This document shows, piece by piece, positions 50,480 to 63,099 of a stretch of 64,000 bases of DNA. Under the pieces are notes generated by a model, which saw nothing but the letters and a program-made list of their open reading frames with translations, was not told the origin of the DNA and did not search any database. Both the position numbers and the translations under genes were made by a program. The stretch spans positions 7,874,302 to 7,938,301 of the forward strand of contig MU058065.1 of assembly GCA_013265495.1 (NCBI GenBank), written 5' to 3'. The stretch's first letter is position 1. Each line of letters begins with the position of its first letter. The DNA is from Vicugna vicugna. Lineage: Eukaryota.

Positions 50480-51412
50480 GCGAGTGCTGGGCAGCTTTCA
50501 CCTGACCCCCCGGTCCTCTCCCAGCCTTCTCACCCTGCTCTCACAGGGAGGATGTCTTGGGAGGATGACCTGATGGACCGTATCACGGGGTCCTGTGCTC
50601 TGCGGTTTTCATCTGAATTAGGCCAGTGGGAAGCACCATCTGGAGGTCAGAGAATGAAGCAAGTGAGAAACCAGCCCCCCAGCTCGCTCCCTGCCGCGCC
50701 GTCTCCGGCCAGCCGACCCAGCTTCTCTGCAGTAGTCACGCAGTCCTCTCCGTGGAGCTGCTACTATATTTGTTTTCTGAGGCTGGTGAAACAAACCATG
50801 ACCGACTTGTGGCTTAAAGCAACAGAACTTTACTCTCTCACAGTTCTGGCAGTCAGAAGTCTGGAACCAAAGTGTTGGCAGGGCCACCACTCTCTGGGAC
50901 GCTCTGAGGGGGAATCTGCGCTCTGCCTCTCAGCGTTCTGTGCTGTCAGTACTCAGCATGTGGCCCCATCGCTGGTCTCTGCCTCTGTGGTCACATGGCC
51001 TCCTCTTCTCTGTCTTCTCCTCCTCTGCCTGTCTCAAACTCCCTCTGCCCTTCCTTTATAAGTACATATCACTGGATTTAGGGCCCACATGGGTAATAAA
51101 GGAAAATTTCCTCATTTGAAAATCCTTAACTTAATCAGATTCATAAAGACTCTTTTTGCAAATAAAGTAATAGTCATAGGTTCCAGAGATTAGGGTGTGG
51201 ATTTATCTTTGGGAGCCACCATTCACCCCGCAACAGCTGCCCTCTCTGGGTTCTAGTAACTGTTCTCGCTCCTGCCGTCAGAGGTCTAGGGGTGGAGATG
51301 CACTTCCCTGGTTGGGCTCCCTCTGTCCTTCCCACACTAGTAAACAGTCCCTTGATTAAACTCTCTTCTAACTTCCTGCTTTGAGCCTTTGTTTCCTGCC
51401 AGGACCCTGACT
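50480..51412 (+). mobile_element. ERVL LTR33-like LTR split by an MLT1 insertion
   Basis: Left part caccctgctctc..gggaggatgacctgatggaccgtatcacggggtcc..ggccagtgggaagcacc; right part cccacactagtaaacagtcccttgattaaactctc..tgtttcctgccaggaccctgac. Confidence 0.72.
50765..51235 (-). mobile_element. MaLR solo LTR (MLT1C-like)
   Basis: gtggcttaaagcaacagaactttactctctcacagttctgg..ggatttagggcccac..aatccttaacttaat..ataggttccagagattagg; 5-bp TSD gctac/gctgc. Confidence 0.85.
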
Positions 51413-51779
51413 GTTGCCGGCATCTTGAGATTAAAGCCATCAAGGACAGAGTCTATGTGACTCACCCCATGCAGTCCTCAAAGCAAAATAAGGGAAAGTA
51501 AGGATGTCTTATGATAACAATAAAAATGATGAGATCAAAGGCTCCAAGGGAGAAGGGACCCAGACTTCAGAAACAGCATCATGGCAGAAAGACTGCACAC
51601 CTTGCTTATGGGTCTTCCCTACACCCAGTCTCAGGTGTGAAATACAAGTGTGCAATTAGAACGATCCTAGGTCTTTTCCAGACCCTTTCTCTGATGAAGG
51701 CCCCAATTAGAAAATTTGGCTGCAAGTAAACAAAATAAAATTCCCCCCACCCCAGCAATTCTGCCTCAAATGGCTTAAA

Positions 51780-52138
51780 CAGTGGTTCCCTAAACTTAGC
51801 ATGTATCAGAGTTACCTGGAGGGTTCCTTGAAACCCACATGGCAGGGCCCTAGTCCCAGAATTCAGTAGATCTGAGTGAGACTCAAGAATTTGCATTTTT
51901 GTTTGTTTTTGTTTTTGTTTTTGTTTGGGGGTGGGTGGTAGATAATTAGGTCTATTTATTTATTTACTTATTTATTTAATGGAGGCACTGGGAATTGAGC
52001 CCAGGACTTCATTTATGCAAGACATGTGCTCTACCACTGAGCTACACTCCCCCCTCCACTGCAAGAATTTGTATTTTTGACAAGTTCCCAAGGTATGCTG
52101 ATGTTCCTAGTCCAGAAACCATACTTTGAAAACCACTG
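51780..52138 (+). mobile_element. MER5A MITE interrupted by a SINE
   Basis: cagtggttccctaaactt..tcagagttacctggagg..aattcagtagatctg..gaatttgcatt|..caagttccca..gctgatg..actttgaaaaccactg; 8-bp TSD gcttaaac / gtttaaac. Confidence 0.85.
51901..52061 (-). mobile_element. Camelid tRNA-derived SINE (Vic-1-like)
   Basis: Minus strand GGAGTGTAGCTCAGTGGTAGAGCAC..GTCCTGGGCTCAATTCCCAGT..AGACCTAATTA plus an A-rich tail; 17-bp TSD caagaatttgcattttt (51884-51900) / caagaatttgtattttt (52062-52078). Confidence 0.9.
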
Positions 52139-54414
52139 GTTTAAACTATAAGGAAAAAATGTACTCTCATAAACAAAATGCCCCTGGAGAAGATGGCTCC
52201 AAGGTTAGTTGACTCACTGGCTCACTCCTCAAGGACCTGGCTCCACTCTGCTCTGTCCTCTTCAGCATCTCAGCCTCAATCTTGACTGGGTCCTCACAGC
52301 TACAACCTGGTCTAACAGCTCCAGTCATCCTCTGCAGATCAGACAGTGGCCAGTAAAAGAGATTATTCTTCAGAACGAGAACCTTTCTCTGAAGTCTTCC
52401 AGTTGGTGTCTCATTACAGTACTTTGGCCAGAATTACATCATCTGCTTGTGCCTAAAACCGTCACTGTCGATGGAGGGGAGGGGGGACGGCAGAACAGCA
52501 ATGATTAGGTTACACTAATTAGTACCATGATAGTAACGGCATTGTTCTAATTGGTTGCAGTCTGTTCAGCAAACTTTCTCATCCTCTTTCTTCTAGTGAC
52601 AGGACCTAAAGCCCTACTCAGAGGGATGGAGACCTGACTGAGGGCCCAGAAAGCACAGTGCCCATGCTCCGGCAGCAGTGGCTTATAACCTAAGTAGGGA
52701 AACTCAGAATCCTTCCCTGAGATTGAACTAAGAATACTAGAGGGGGGAAAAAAAAGAAAAAGTCACCCTCTTTCTGCAGAAGTTGCTAAGCAGGGACTGC
52801 TGGTGGTCACATACCTACTAGGAGAAGAAAGCCTCTGAGAAGTGGTTAAAGTTGGCTAAGTGTCAGAGACAAACACAGAGAAGCAGAGGTGGGCAAATAG
52901 CGAGGAGGAGGAGGGGCCTTGATTCCTGCAGCTCTTCCTTTATTTCTATGAGCACCAGGGCCCTGCCAATTCTGGAATAAATGTCTCATTTGTCTATGCT
53001 CATGTTTCTGCTCCTTGCAACCAATGATTTCAGATTTACACTGTTGGTGTCACAAAGAGCAGAGAGGAAGGAGGTCTGACATCCTTGTATGAGTAGAGGT
53101 ATCTAGGGCTGCTGCCGCCCCCATCTTGCACCCCCAATTCTTGGCCCTGTCTTCTAGAGTGGGACCAAATGGAACAGAAGCCCCACCAAAGACTCCAGTC
53201 CCCTCCATTGTCAGTACCCAAGAAAGCAAGAGGCCTCTGGGAACTTCAAAGGCCAAGAAAAGACAAATCAAGATTACAGAACCACCCCTTTCTTTGCCGA
53301 AGTAGTCCTGCCTGCACCCTCAGAATTCTTCTTGTCTTCTCTAACTGGTGCTAGGGAGACGGGGTCGGGGGGAGCAGCGGTGGTGCAGAGCATGCTCAGA
53401 TGGTCCTTCTGCAGTAGGAAGTGAAGCCCGAGGATTTCTCCAAGGGTAGATTTAACCAGAGGATAACCAACCCCAGACTGAGATTCCTCCTGGGATTTTC
53501 CCCCCTTTTGGTCTAAAAGGAAGAGAGTTCCCCCAAGCATTTGCTAAAATGGAAAGTTGCTCATTTGTTTGTTTCTAATGATCATACTGGTAAAGCATCC
53601 CAGCAAATTCTGCTAAGGCAGGAGAGTTCTGCTCAAACAATTTTTCCAGCTCCAAAGACAAATTAGGTACAATAGTTACAACCACTGCTACCACTCCTGC
53701 AGCCCCCACCCCATTTAGTCACCCACCTACTCCATCCCCAGCACTGGGCTAAGTGCTTTACCTGCCAGCGCATGGAATGGTCCACATGACCCCACAGTAA
53801 ACCAAGAGAAGCGAATTTGTTTTCCGCTGGCAATGGAATGAAAGCCATTTTTATTTATCTCTTTCCTTTGCTGATTTCCCATGACCCATCTCATAAGAAA
53901 TTACAGTTGGAAAAAAAAGAAAGAAATTACAGGGGGAGGGAGATAGAGAAATAGGGAGAGAGCTCAAGAAGAGAAGAGAGATAGGAGAGAAATGCCACAA
54001 TTTGGCCAAAACACGAGTCAAGGAATCTCCCTTTATTTCTAATTACCAGAAGGGCTGGCTGGAGACTTTCTCGTCTCCAGATGCAGGGAGCAGAGATGAT
54101 ATCCTGCCAGGTCACTGATGGAATCCCTGTAAGTCAGACCAATGGTGGTAGCTCATAAATCCAGGGCTGAATTTTGGCAAAAAGGAACAGAATAAGGAAG
54201 GAAGCAACTCGGGTGTGTGTTTCAGCTCTTGTTGAAACACTATTTGTCCTTCAAGGCTCCCTTTTCTGTGAACTATTCTCCAAACTCCTTCCCACCCCAC
54301 CCTCCATTATCAGAATCTACTCCTCCTCCGTCCTGCTGAGCAGTTTATGATAAAAAGTAATAATAGAGCGCTATCAGTGTTATGTACATAATAAGGATGC
54401 ATGTGTCTAGAGGA

Positions 54415-54842
54415 GAGGACAAAAGTGTCTGCAGTTCTCTGCCCCTTCCCCCAGCAGGGGGTGGAGCCCCTTCCCCCACCCCTTCGATCCAGGCTGACCT
54501 TGCAACTTGCTTGGGCCAGTAGAATGTGCCAGAAATGACTCCACATATGCTCCAAGCCTAGACTTCAAGGCTTTGCATGCTGCCTGCTACTTTCTTGGAA
54601 GTCTGCCCCTGCACGTGAACAAGTCCAAGGTGGCCCTGGGAGAGGATAAGAGGGCATGTGAAGAAAGGCCGGTGGTCCAGGTCATCACTGACCAGCCAGC
54701 TGACCCACTGGCCACAGAACCCGTTTCCAATTCAGCAGAACTGCCCCGCTGCTCTTTAGACTCAGAAGCAGCACTAAAGGAATGGTGTCAGAGACCACTA
54801 ACTTTGGGGGTGGTTTATCATGCAGCACATGCTAACTGATGT
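54415..54842 (+). mobile_element. MaLR LTR (MLT1H-like)
   Basis: ggctgaccttgcaacttgcttgggccagtagaatgtgccagaaatgac..ccaagcctagacttcaag; end ccactaactttgggggtggtttatcatgcagca..gctaactga. Confidence 0.72.
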
Positions 54843-57728
54843 GCACCCCCACCCCTCACCGCAGGCTGGTTAATCTTAGATGTCTGTATGTCACTTCTTC
54901 ACTAATATATTCCTGGGACATTCAGTTCTCAGTCAAAGCTCTTAGGATGGAGCGGCATAGAGCGGAATGAAATGGAATTGAAATGTTGGTAAAGGGCAGA
55001 ACAAGCACCCCGTGCAGGCACCAATGTGACTACCTGGCTTCTCTCCACCTCCCCAGGGCCCATGCTTGGGAAAAAGGTTACCTGATCACCACCGCCTTTG
55101 TCTATCAACTCCCTTAGGGTTGGCTTAATCCCTGCTCAGTTTCCCCCCTCTCCCCCCACCCCGTCCCCAGTCTGGCTGCCCAGATGATGTAAGCAGTAAC
55201 CAATCTTGCAGTGGGAGCAGTCAGTTGGCTGGCTCACTTCCGTATCCATTAAGGGAAGGCAGACGTTTTAGAAAGAGCTGGAAAATATTACCAGCTACCC
55301 ACTCCACTCAACTGCCCCCTCCCTTGCCCCAGTCTCCACTTCTCAGCCACATACACCCTAACCCCAGGAGACCTGAGCTAGGAAGCACTGAAGCCAAAGA
55401 AAGAAGCTGGAATTGGAGCCCTGTGGGCCTCATGAGCTGAGCCATGAGACTCCTTTGGGCATGAGAACTGGCTCTGGAAGAGACAAACTGGAGGCATTTG
55501 GAGATCCCTGCCAGCCACCTCCCCCTCGTCCCTGGCACCTTTCCCTCCAGAGAATCTGCTGTTTGGAGCCAATGGGCATGGGGGGCTCAGGATGTCCAAA
55601 TCTGTATCGTGGAGGGAGCCACATGGCAGATCCTCATCACTTAACTGAATTGCCAGACTTGCTTCTAGGCACACAGTGGGGACTGGAGGTTGATAACTTG
55701 AACAGATTTGGGCAAACAATCTGGTCTGTTTGCTGTGTTCACAGTTTCGAAAATGTATGCTATGTCTCCCTGCATCTGGATGAGTGTGGAGAATTTTACC
55801 ATTCAAGAATCAGCCCTTCCTGCCTTGAAATCTTCTGCTTTTTAAAAGTATCCAACAAAAGCGACAGTAATACTCCAGATTGGCCACTCAAAAGCCACAC
55901 AGTCTTGGTCAAGACCCTTTACCTTTCTAGACCTTTTTCTTATTCAAAAAGCACAGGTGAAAATGCATCCCTGCCTCCCAGAGCTGCTGAGTGGAACAAC
56001 TAAGATAACGTCAGCAGAAGCTGGCCAGGCAGTAGCCTATGAAAAGCTGGATGGGGCTCTATTTCCCGCTGGATTTTGCTGTGAACCTAAAACTACTCTT
56101 AAAAAATGTATTAATTTAAAAAATAGTGCCAGACAGATATGTGTTGAATGGATGATGAATGGTTAGGACTTATTTATTCAACACTTAAGGACAAGGAAGG
56201 GAGGACAAAGTCGATGGTAGCATTTCTACCCTATAATGTCTGGGAAAAGGTGGATTATTTATCCATCAGTGTGAAGGGGATGCATTTACTCTGGATAAAA
56301 TTTTTCGCAGCCCCAGTCTGGAGATAAATTGAACAAGGGATAAACAGTGGCTGCTCGGAAGGAAAATGGCTCCTATTGGTCCAGGTATGTTTCTACCCAG
56401 TTCAGGACCAAGCACTGAGGAAGGGCAGACACAGATATGGTGTCTCTTATTCTGCATCCTCTTTCCTTGGGGTGTAGTGCTCCCACTTCATGCCAATGAT
56501 ATTTTTCTGGGAGCTACCAATGATAGAAATCTGCCTCTCTGATCACAGGTTGAGCACATGATCCAAGGAAGGTTAATGTTTCCCTAAGACTTTCTGAATT
56601 AGACCTCAGGGAAGAAACAAAAAAAGGCAGTTCCCCCTTTGGGATAAAGATAGTAGATGTGAAACTCGGCACATGGACTGAAACAGAGATGAGGGACAGA
56701 AAGTCTTGTCCCTCGTCTTTTCCCCATATTCAGTTGTCCCTGGGACCAGCTACACTCCGCCTTCCCTTACTGTGGATACAGGAACCAACAAATCCTTCTT
56801 CTAGCTTGGAGTGATTATGGAAATTCTGCCATTTGTGACTCTATGATTTACAATATGCTACCTACAATATAATACAATGGTAGGTTGTATACCACAGCCT
56901 CGTCCTCTCATTCAAAGACAGTATAACCTCCTGAGAAAGAAGACATTGTAAACAAAACAAGTGAAAGCCATGCCAGATGGCACTAGATTGAGTAGCCTTA
57001 ATTAACTCCTTCTTGCACCTATGTGTATTTCTTTCTTGGATGAGCATTTTTATCCAACTGGCCATTGAAAATGTAAAGATAAGGAGAATTGACACATGAA
57101 AATCTCACAATCAAACAGTAAGGAAGCCATAAGTATAAGTTGCACTATTATGGAATTTATACCTGGACCAGGGAAGCACAGAGGAGGGTTAATTCATTCT
57201 GAATGTCATGAACCTTGGACGGTTATTGTTATCACAAAGCAGGGTTATTACAGGAGAGCTTTTCTGGGAGAGCTGAGACTGGGAGTTTATAATAATATAG
57301 ATGCACTAAAGAAGACAGAAATCCTAGAAGACATCCGGGATAGCCCAAAAGAGCAGAAATCATAGTAGAAGTGGACCTCATGGAGCCTGGGAGAGTGAGG
57401 TTGTTTAGGGTCCTTGGCAGCTCAAGGGACCAGGTGTCTTACCACCATAGCCCACCCCAACCTCAGCATCTATACTCAGATGCTCTGCCAATGGGCGGAC
57501 CTAGCTCCTTCCCTCCTGCTTCTACTCTTCCTTCTGCTGTTGACCACCGTCTCACCTGGACTCTTGAGTACCTTGCCCCTCTTCTCCCAGATTCTGCTTC
57601 CTCATAACTTCAGCTCACATTAGATCTACTAGGGCTCCTCCTGCCATAAATTGACACATTCTCTGTGCTTTAGTATCTGATAGGGAAAAGCAGAGAATGT
57701 TAATACAGAGCAGGATAAAACCCTATAG

Positions 57729-57944
57729 CAGGGATCTGCAAACTACAGCCCATGGCCAAATCTGGCCTCCCACTTGCTTTTGTAAATAAAGTTTTATTGG
57801 TTCACAGCCAGGATCATTTACTTACACATTATCTATGGCTAATTTTGCACAACAGCAGAGTTGAATAGTTGCAGAGACCACATGACCTGCAGACCTGTTC
57901 TCTTCACTATTTAACTCTTTCCAGAAAAACTTTCCCAACCCCTG
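57729..57944 (+). mobile_element. MER58A hAT-Charlie MITE, full length
   Basis: cagggatctgcaaactacagccc..ttttgtaaataaagttttattgg..cagaaaaactttcccaacccctg; TSD-like ccctatag / ccctgtac. Confidence 0.88.
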
Positions 57945-58692
57945 CCCTGTACTATGTGGCTTTCTCTGAACTTAAGCTCCAGGCCCCCCAGTACTAACTT
58001 TTACTGTATATTTAAACATTGTAATACCTCTAAAAATATTAGCATCTGAGACATATGTTACCCCCCAGCCCATTCCAGACTAGTGAAGCTGATCCTGTTT
58101 CTAAAGCTCTACCCCAAAGATCATTCTACAGCCTTCCTCCTCTTGCCCCATTCCGGTGCTTAAAGCCATCCTCCCCCTCAGCCACCTCCACCCCCTTCCT
58201 GAGCACCTGTTGCTACAACAAAGAGAAGCTCAGGGTGGAACTCTCTGGGCTTGTCCAGGTGATAAACAGAGGCCATTCAGAGGAGCTCATGCCGTTTGTT
58301 GGATCAGCTCTTTTCAATCACCAGGGAAAGCTCTGGTGGGGAGAGGCATTCAGAGAAGATATAAAAAGGTGATTATATCTAAATGGAAGACCTGTCACCA
58401 GGCGAAGTTCTCCAGCAGCTGACGCGAGGCAACTTCAATGGCTGACGTGCAGCAGGCAGGACGGGATTTGTATGGCTCTGCAACTCTCCTAAGGGGCAGG
58501 TCTGCGGGGCGCCCTGCACCAGGGCTCTCCTGGGGGCTTTGTCAATTCAGCTCAAGTCATAAGCAATTCAGACTCTAGGAAGTCAGGTCTACATTGACTC
58601 TCAAAGACCCAAAGATGTAAGGATTGTGGACACAGCCAAAGATTGGGGTTTGACTCCAGAGTTCTCATTTGCTTAGTTTTGTTGTTCTGGAG

Positions 58693-59023
58693 CAGTGACA
58701 GCAAATTTTTTCTGTAAAGGACTGAATAATAGATATTTGGGGCTTGGCAGGCCTTACCATGTCTGTGACAGCTGTTCACCTCTGCCACTGAAAGGTGAAA
58801 ACAGCCACAGACATCAACAAATGCACGTGGCTGTAGTCTGACAAGGCTTTATTCACTGACGTGGAAATTTGAATTTCCGACAATTTTCACATGTCATGGA
58901 ATATTCTTCTTTTGATTCCCTCCCCAGTCATTTAAAAATATAAAAGCCTTTCTCAGCCTATGGGCTGTATGAACATAGGAAACTGGGCAGATTTGGCCTG
59001 GGGGCCATGGGTATAGACCCCTG
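58693..59023 (-). mobile_element. MER58B hAT-Charlie MITE, full length
   Basis: gcaaattttttctgtaaagg..aaatttgaattt..ttttcacatgtcatggaatatt..cagatttggcct..gacccctg; TSD-like ttctggag / ttttagag. Confidence 0.85.
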
Positions 59024-59094
59024 TTTTAGAGGGTCTTGTTTGAATGAAAGAGAAAGGATTACAGGGGGATCCAATTTAGCTCTATGAAGAGTCC

Positions 59095-59310
59095 AAATAA
59101 CTTGCATATACTAAGCACTCTAATGTTAATAAAATGTATCTTTGATCTTATTCAATACCCAGCACAACACTGTGAATTAGGTATTGTTACACTGATGTCT
59201 AGATGAGGAAATTGAGGGTCAGAACTGACATGGTCGAGGTCTCACAGTAAGTGGGAGGACCCAAGCTCAAACACAGTGTTCCAACTCCAAAGGCAGAGAT
59301 TTTCCCACTA
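59095..59310 (-). mobile_element. MIR SINE
   Basis: cacaacactgtgaattaggtattgtt..agatgaggaaattgagg..gaggtctcacag..caactccaaag. Confidence 0.7.
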
Positions 59311-60154
59311 ATCTTGGGGGAGCTAAGGTGGTTCAGTGCAATTCACCAAATGTTTATCAGGACTTTCGAGGCAGTAGGTGAGGGTGAACATCTGGGCAAA
59401 GGCACAGAGGCAGGAGAGTCAGGACCTCCTGGTTGCTCCCTGCTTTTCTGAAGGCCATGGACACATAGGAAATCAATAGCCAGTTTTCTCGTTGGGAACA
59501 GGACTTGTCCTGCCCAAGGATGTAGACTGAGCCAAGTTCTACAATGGGATATGACCGCTCAGTCCCATCTCCATGGCTGTTGCTTGGATCTGTAAGCCTC
59601 CAGAAGGTCAGCTGGTTTCTCTGGAGATTCAGAGGTCATCCCAAGGCCTTCCTGTGATGTCGGACCACAGTGGAGTGGTCTCCCATCTACACACAGTGAT
59701 GAGATCAGTCACTCCTAAGGGAATGTCCTGTCCCTAAACATTCTTCCACCTCTGAGTCATGGCCTGAGAGCTCCCTTCAACTCTGTGCCATTTTTAAGCA
59801 AAGTCCCTGGTCGTAAGGTGCAGGGTGTGAGTTCTTGTCTCCACTGTGGTATCACACTGTGACCACTTACTTCCTATCTCCACACTTCAGTTTTCATCTG
59901 TCATATGGGGTCATAATGGCAACGTGGTAAGAAGTCAGAGAAGTGATGGTGTATGTCTAGCCCTGCTATGGTTCGTGACCCCAAAAGTAGTCTGTTTTTC
60001 TTCCCCTGGGTCACAGGCTCTATTTTCATGTCTTCTCGTCTTTGCTGTTCTGCCCACCTAGAATGCCTTTCCTTCCACCTTCATCTGCCAGAGAAACCTT
60101 CCCTAACCCTCACCCCATTGTGTACCTTGATATAATCATTCTCTCACTGAACAA

Positions 60155-60650
60155 TGTTATAGATTGAATTGTATCCCCCCCCACCAAAAAAAAAAAAGAT
60201 CTATGCTAACCCCCAGTACTCAGAATATGACTTAATTTGGAAATACGCTAATTTGGTAATTTGGTAATTTGCAGAGGTAATCAAGTCAAAATGAGGTTGT
60301 TAGGGTAGGCCCTAATCCAGAATGGCTGCTGTTAGTTATACAAGGGGGAAATGTGACATAGAGATGGATTTGTACAGAGGGAGGAGGATGTGAAGACAAG
60401 GGAGAAGGCAGCCACATGACTGGAGCGATGGATTCATTTACAAGCCAAGGGGCACCAAAGATTGCTGGCAAATACCAGAATCTAGACGAGACAAGGAATG
60501 ACTCTCCTCTAGAGCCATCAGAGAGGGTGTGACACTGCCAACACCTTGACTTTAGATTTCTGGCCTCCAGAAGTGTGACACAATACATTTCTGTTGTTTT
60601 AACTCATCCAGTTTCTGATTCTTAGTTAAGAGCAGCCCTAAGAAACTATG
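60155..60650 (+). mobile_element. MaLR solo LTR (MLT1C-like)
   Basis: tgttatagattgaattgtatccc..ctaacccccagtac..aaatgaggt..ccctaatcca..caagccaagg..gcctccagaagtgtgacacaatacatttctgttgtttt..gcagccctaagaaacta. Confidence 0.87.
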
Positions 60651-61748
60651 AGAGTCAACCTCTGTATCTCATCTGACACTTTCCCTATGGTGCTGAAATT
60701 TATTTACATGCTTGTCTCCTCTATGAGGTTGCTAGCTTGTCTCTGTTTCCCCTGGGTCTAGGCTCTGCTGGTTGATAATTGATGATTTAATGTTCCTTTG
60801 CTGTGGACACTGTCTTCGCCGCTGTGATTGTATGTGTGTAACTGCCTTGTGGGTCCAGTAATATTAATTACATCCATGGGAGGCCACAGATGTGCTTTTT
60901 TTTTTTTCTGATTCTGTATCCTGTGAATTAAAGCCTCAAATAGGAAAGTTTCAGCAATCAATCCACTGGGTCTGCCCCCTTCCAAGTCTATGACTATCTG
61001 CTCCCAGCTCCTTGTCCTCTCCAACTGGGCTGGCTGCTATCTAGCCACGTGGAGCTTTCAACCCCTCCTCCCCAGCTGGCCTCAGCATCAGCAATTCCCT
61101 TTCCCCTTAGGTCAGCCAAGAGAAAGTTGGAATGAGCAAAAGTAACTTCTGTCAAGAGAAAAAAAGAAGCCAAGGGTAAAAAAAATAATATTTCAAAGCA
61201 TAGAAGCAGGCGGGTCACGTGGCCCTGAATTCTATCATCACATCACACAAGACTACACTCAGGACACTCAGCTCCTAGTTCCCAGGCTCACCTGTGACCC
61301 AGGTAGGACATTAAACCAACCTTCTTATCCTTCTAGCTCAAGAGGAGGTTGAGCCCTCTCTACTTCCAAGCTTAGTGCAACTCTCGGATGCTTCCAGAGC
61401 CAACCATTCCCTCTGGCTTCAGACATCCTTGTAGGGCACTCTGCATTGCCTTGGCCCCTCCATGTCCCTCTGAGCCCTGCCTAGTCTCTGCTTTGCTGAG
61501 TGCAAAGGGTACCCCTAACTCAGTCTGGCTGCAGACAGTCCCTGCCTTTCACGGTCCAGCTGTCTCAGTCACACCAGCTCCAGGGACTCTCCCTCTTTGT
61601 CCCCTGCCCCACTAGGTCTTCAGTAGATGCCTGTCACATGTTCATCAGAGTATATCAAGATTAGTTCTACCCTCAAATGGTCCATTTCCTTCCTAAGTAA
61701 AAGAATGCCCTCATTTATTTATTCAGTAAATATTTATTGAGTACTGTT

Positions 61749-62175
61749 TATTATGAGTAGACTCGTGTTCCCTCAAAAGACGGTGAAGTCCTAACCCCCA
61801 GTACCTGTGAATGCGACCTTATTTGGAAGAGGGTCTTTGCCAATGACCAAGTTAAAATGAGGTCCTTAGGGCAATCCCTAATCCAGTATGACGGGTGTCC
61901 TTATAAAAAGAGGAAATTTGGACACAGACACGTACAAAGGAAAGGCGATGTAGAGACACAGAAAGAACGCTGTCTATAAGCCAAGGAACTCCTAAGGTTG
62001 TCAGAAGCTCAGAGAGAGGCCTGGAACAAATTCTCTGTCACAGCCCTTAGAAGGAACCAAACCTGCCAATACCTCAATTTCAAACTTCCAGTCTCCAGAA
62101 CTGAGACAATAAATTTCTGTTGTGTGAGCCACCCGGTTTGTGGTCCTTTGTTATACCAACTATGAGCCAAATACC
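61749..62175 (+). mobile_element. MaLR solo LTR (MLT1B-like) inserted in an L2
   Basis: gaagtcctaacccccagtacctgtgaatgcgaccttatttgga..ccctaatccagtatgac..cttataaaaagaggaaatttggacacaga..ctccagaactgagacaataaatttctgttg; reverse L2 tail on both sides (61712-61748 and ~62180-62360). Confidence 0.87.
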
Positions 62176-63099
62176 TTCATTCTAGATCAAAACTTCATGG
62201 CTTCATGGAGCTCACATCCTAAAAGGGAACAACAGACAATAAACAAACAAATGAGCAATGTGTGTAGAACATTGGGTTTGAGCAAAGACCTGAATGAGGT
62301 AAATGATGGTGCCAAAAATATGTCCATGGACAGTGTGGTCCAAGCAGAGGAAATGGGACACATATTGAGCGCTTTTTGTATTTCACAGGGCCCAGAGCAG
62401 GGCCAGGCAAGATTGGAGGATGACTAGGAAAGCTGCTATGGCAGGAAGGTCATTTGGCCTTTGCCTCGCAGCCTTAAGAGCCTCAGCTGCAGATGCTGGC
62501 ATCATCTCCCAATGAGCGTATGCACGCAGCCATGGAGATTGGGAGCGTTGCAAGAAGATTCTTTGATAAAAATACATTTTTTAATAAACTTGTAATTATG
62601 TTGTGAATAACATGAGTGAATTCAAGACAAATAAGACATAACTCCTGGCCTGGAGAGATGGAGGCTGGAGAGGAGAGGGGAGTATGTAAACAAACCATTT
62701 TAACATAGTGTTTTAAATGCCCTGGTGCGAGCATAAGAGAGGTCTTTGGAGTGCTTTTTAACCCTCATTTTTTTCTCTTTATTATCGGAGAATCTTGAGG
62801 CAAAATTTTATACAGGTGAGTGGTTTCCAGCTATAATCTTCCATTAGTTACTTGGCCAGGCATGGACTTAAAATATTAATTAATCTCTACTGGGTTCATG
62901 CCTCGCTAGCTCACAGGGTCTTCTCTAACCATGACCCTTGGAGTCACCATCCTAAAATATAAATAGGGAATCTTTAGATAAAGGGAGCTCCAAAGTCCTA
63001 AAGAAGACTTTGCCAGCACTTCCTAGCTCCTTCCTCTTGTTCTCTCATGAGTGTAGGCTCCTCAATCTTGTCCAGCCTCCTTTGACCTTACTGTCTTGC

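Larger units (their letters stand above)
51705..52520 (-). mobile_element. Old MaLR LTR (MLT1J/K-like) hosting nested insertions
   Basis: tttggctgcaagtaaaca..aaatggcttaaac resumes after the MER5A as aaggaaaaaatgtactctca..caaggacctggctcc..ctttggccagaattacatca. Confidence 0.55.

Noticed and set aside
50231..51061. 276-aa ORF as a real protein-coding gene
   Set aside because: It spans LTR33 and antisense MLT1 sequence, is S/L/P/C-rich and has no recognisable domain.
55413..56003. 196-aa plus-strand ORF
   Set aside because: Non-ATG start, no recognisable domain and no convincing splice context.
62506..62545. Small hairpin ctcccaat...attgggag with inner gcgt/acgc stem
   Set aside because: An 8-bp stem can arise by chance in 64 kb; there are no miRNA or snoRNA features.
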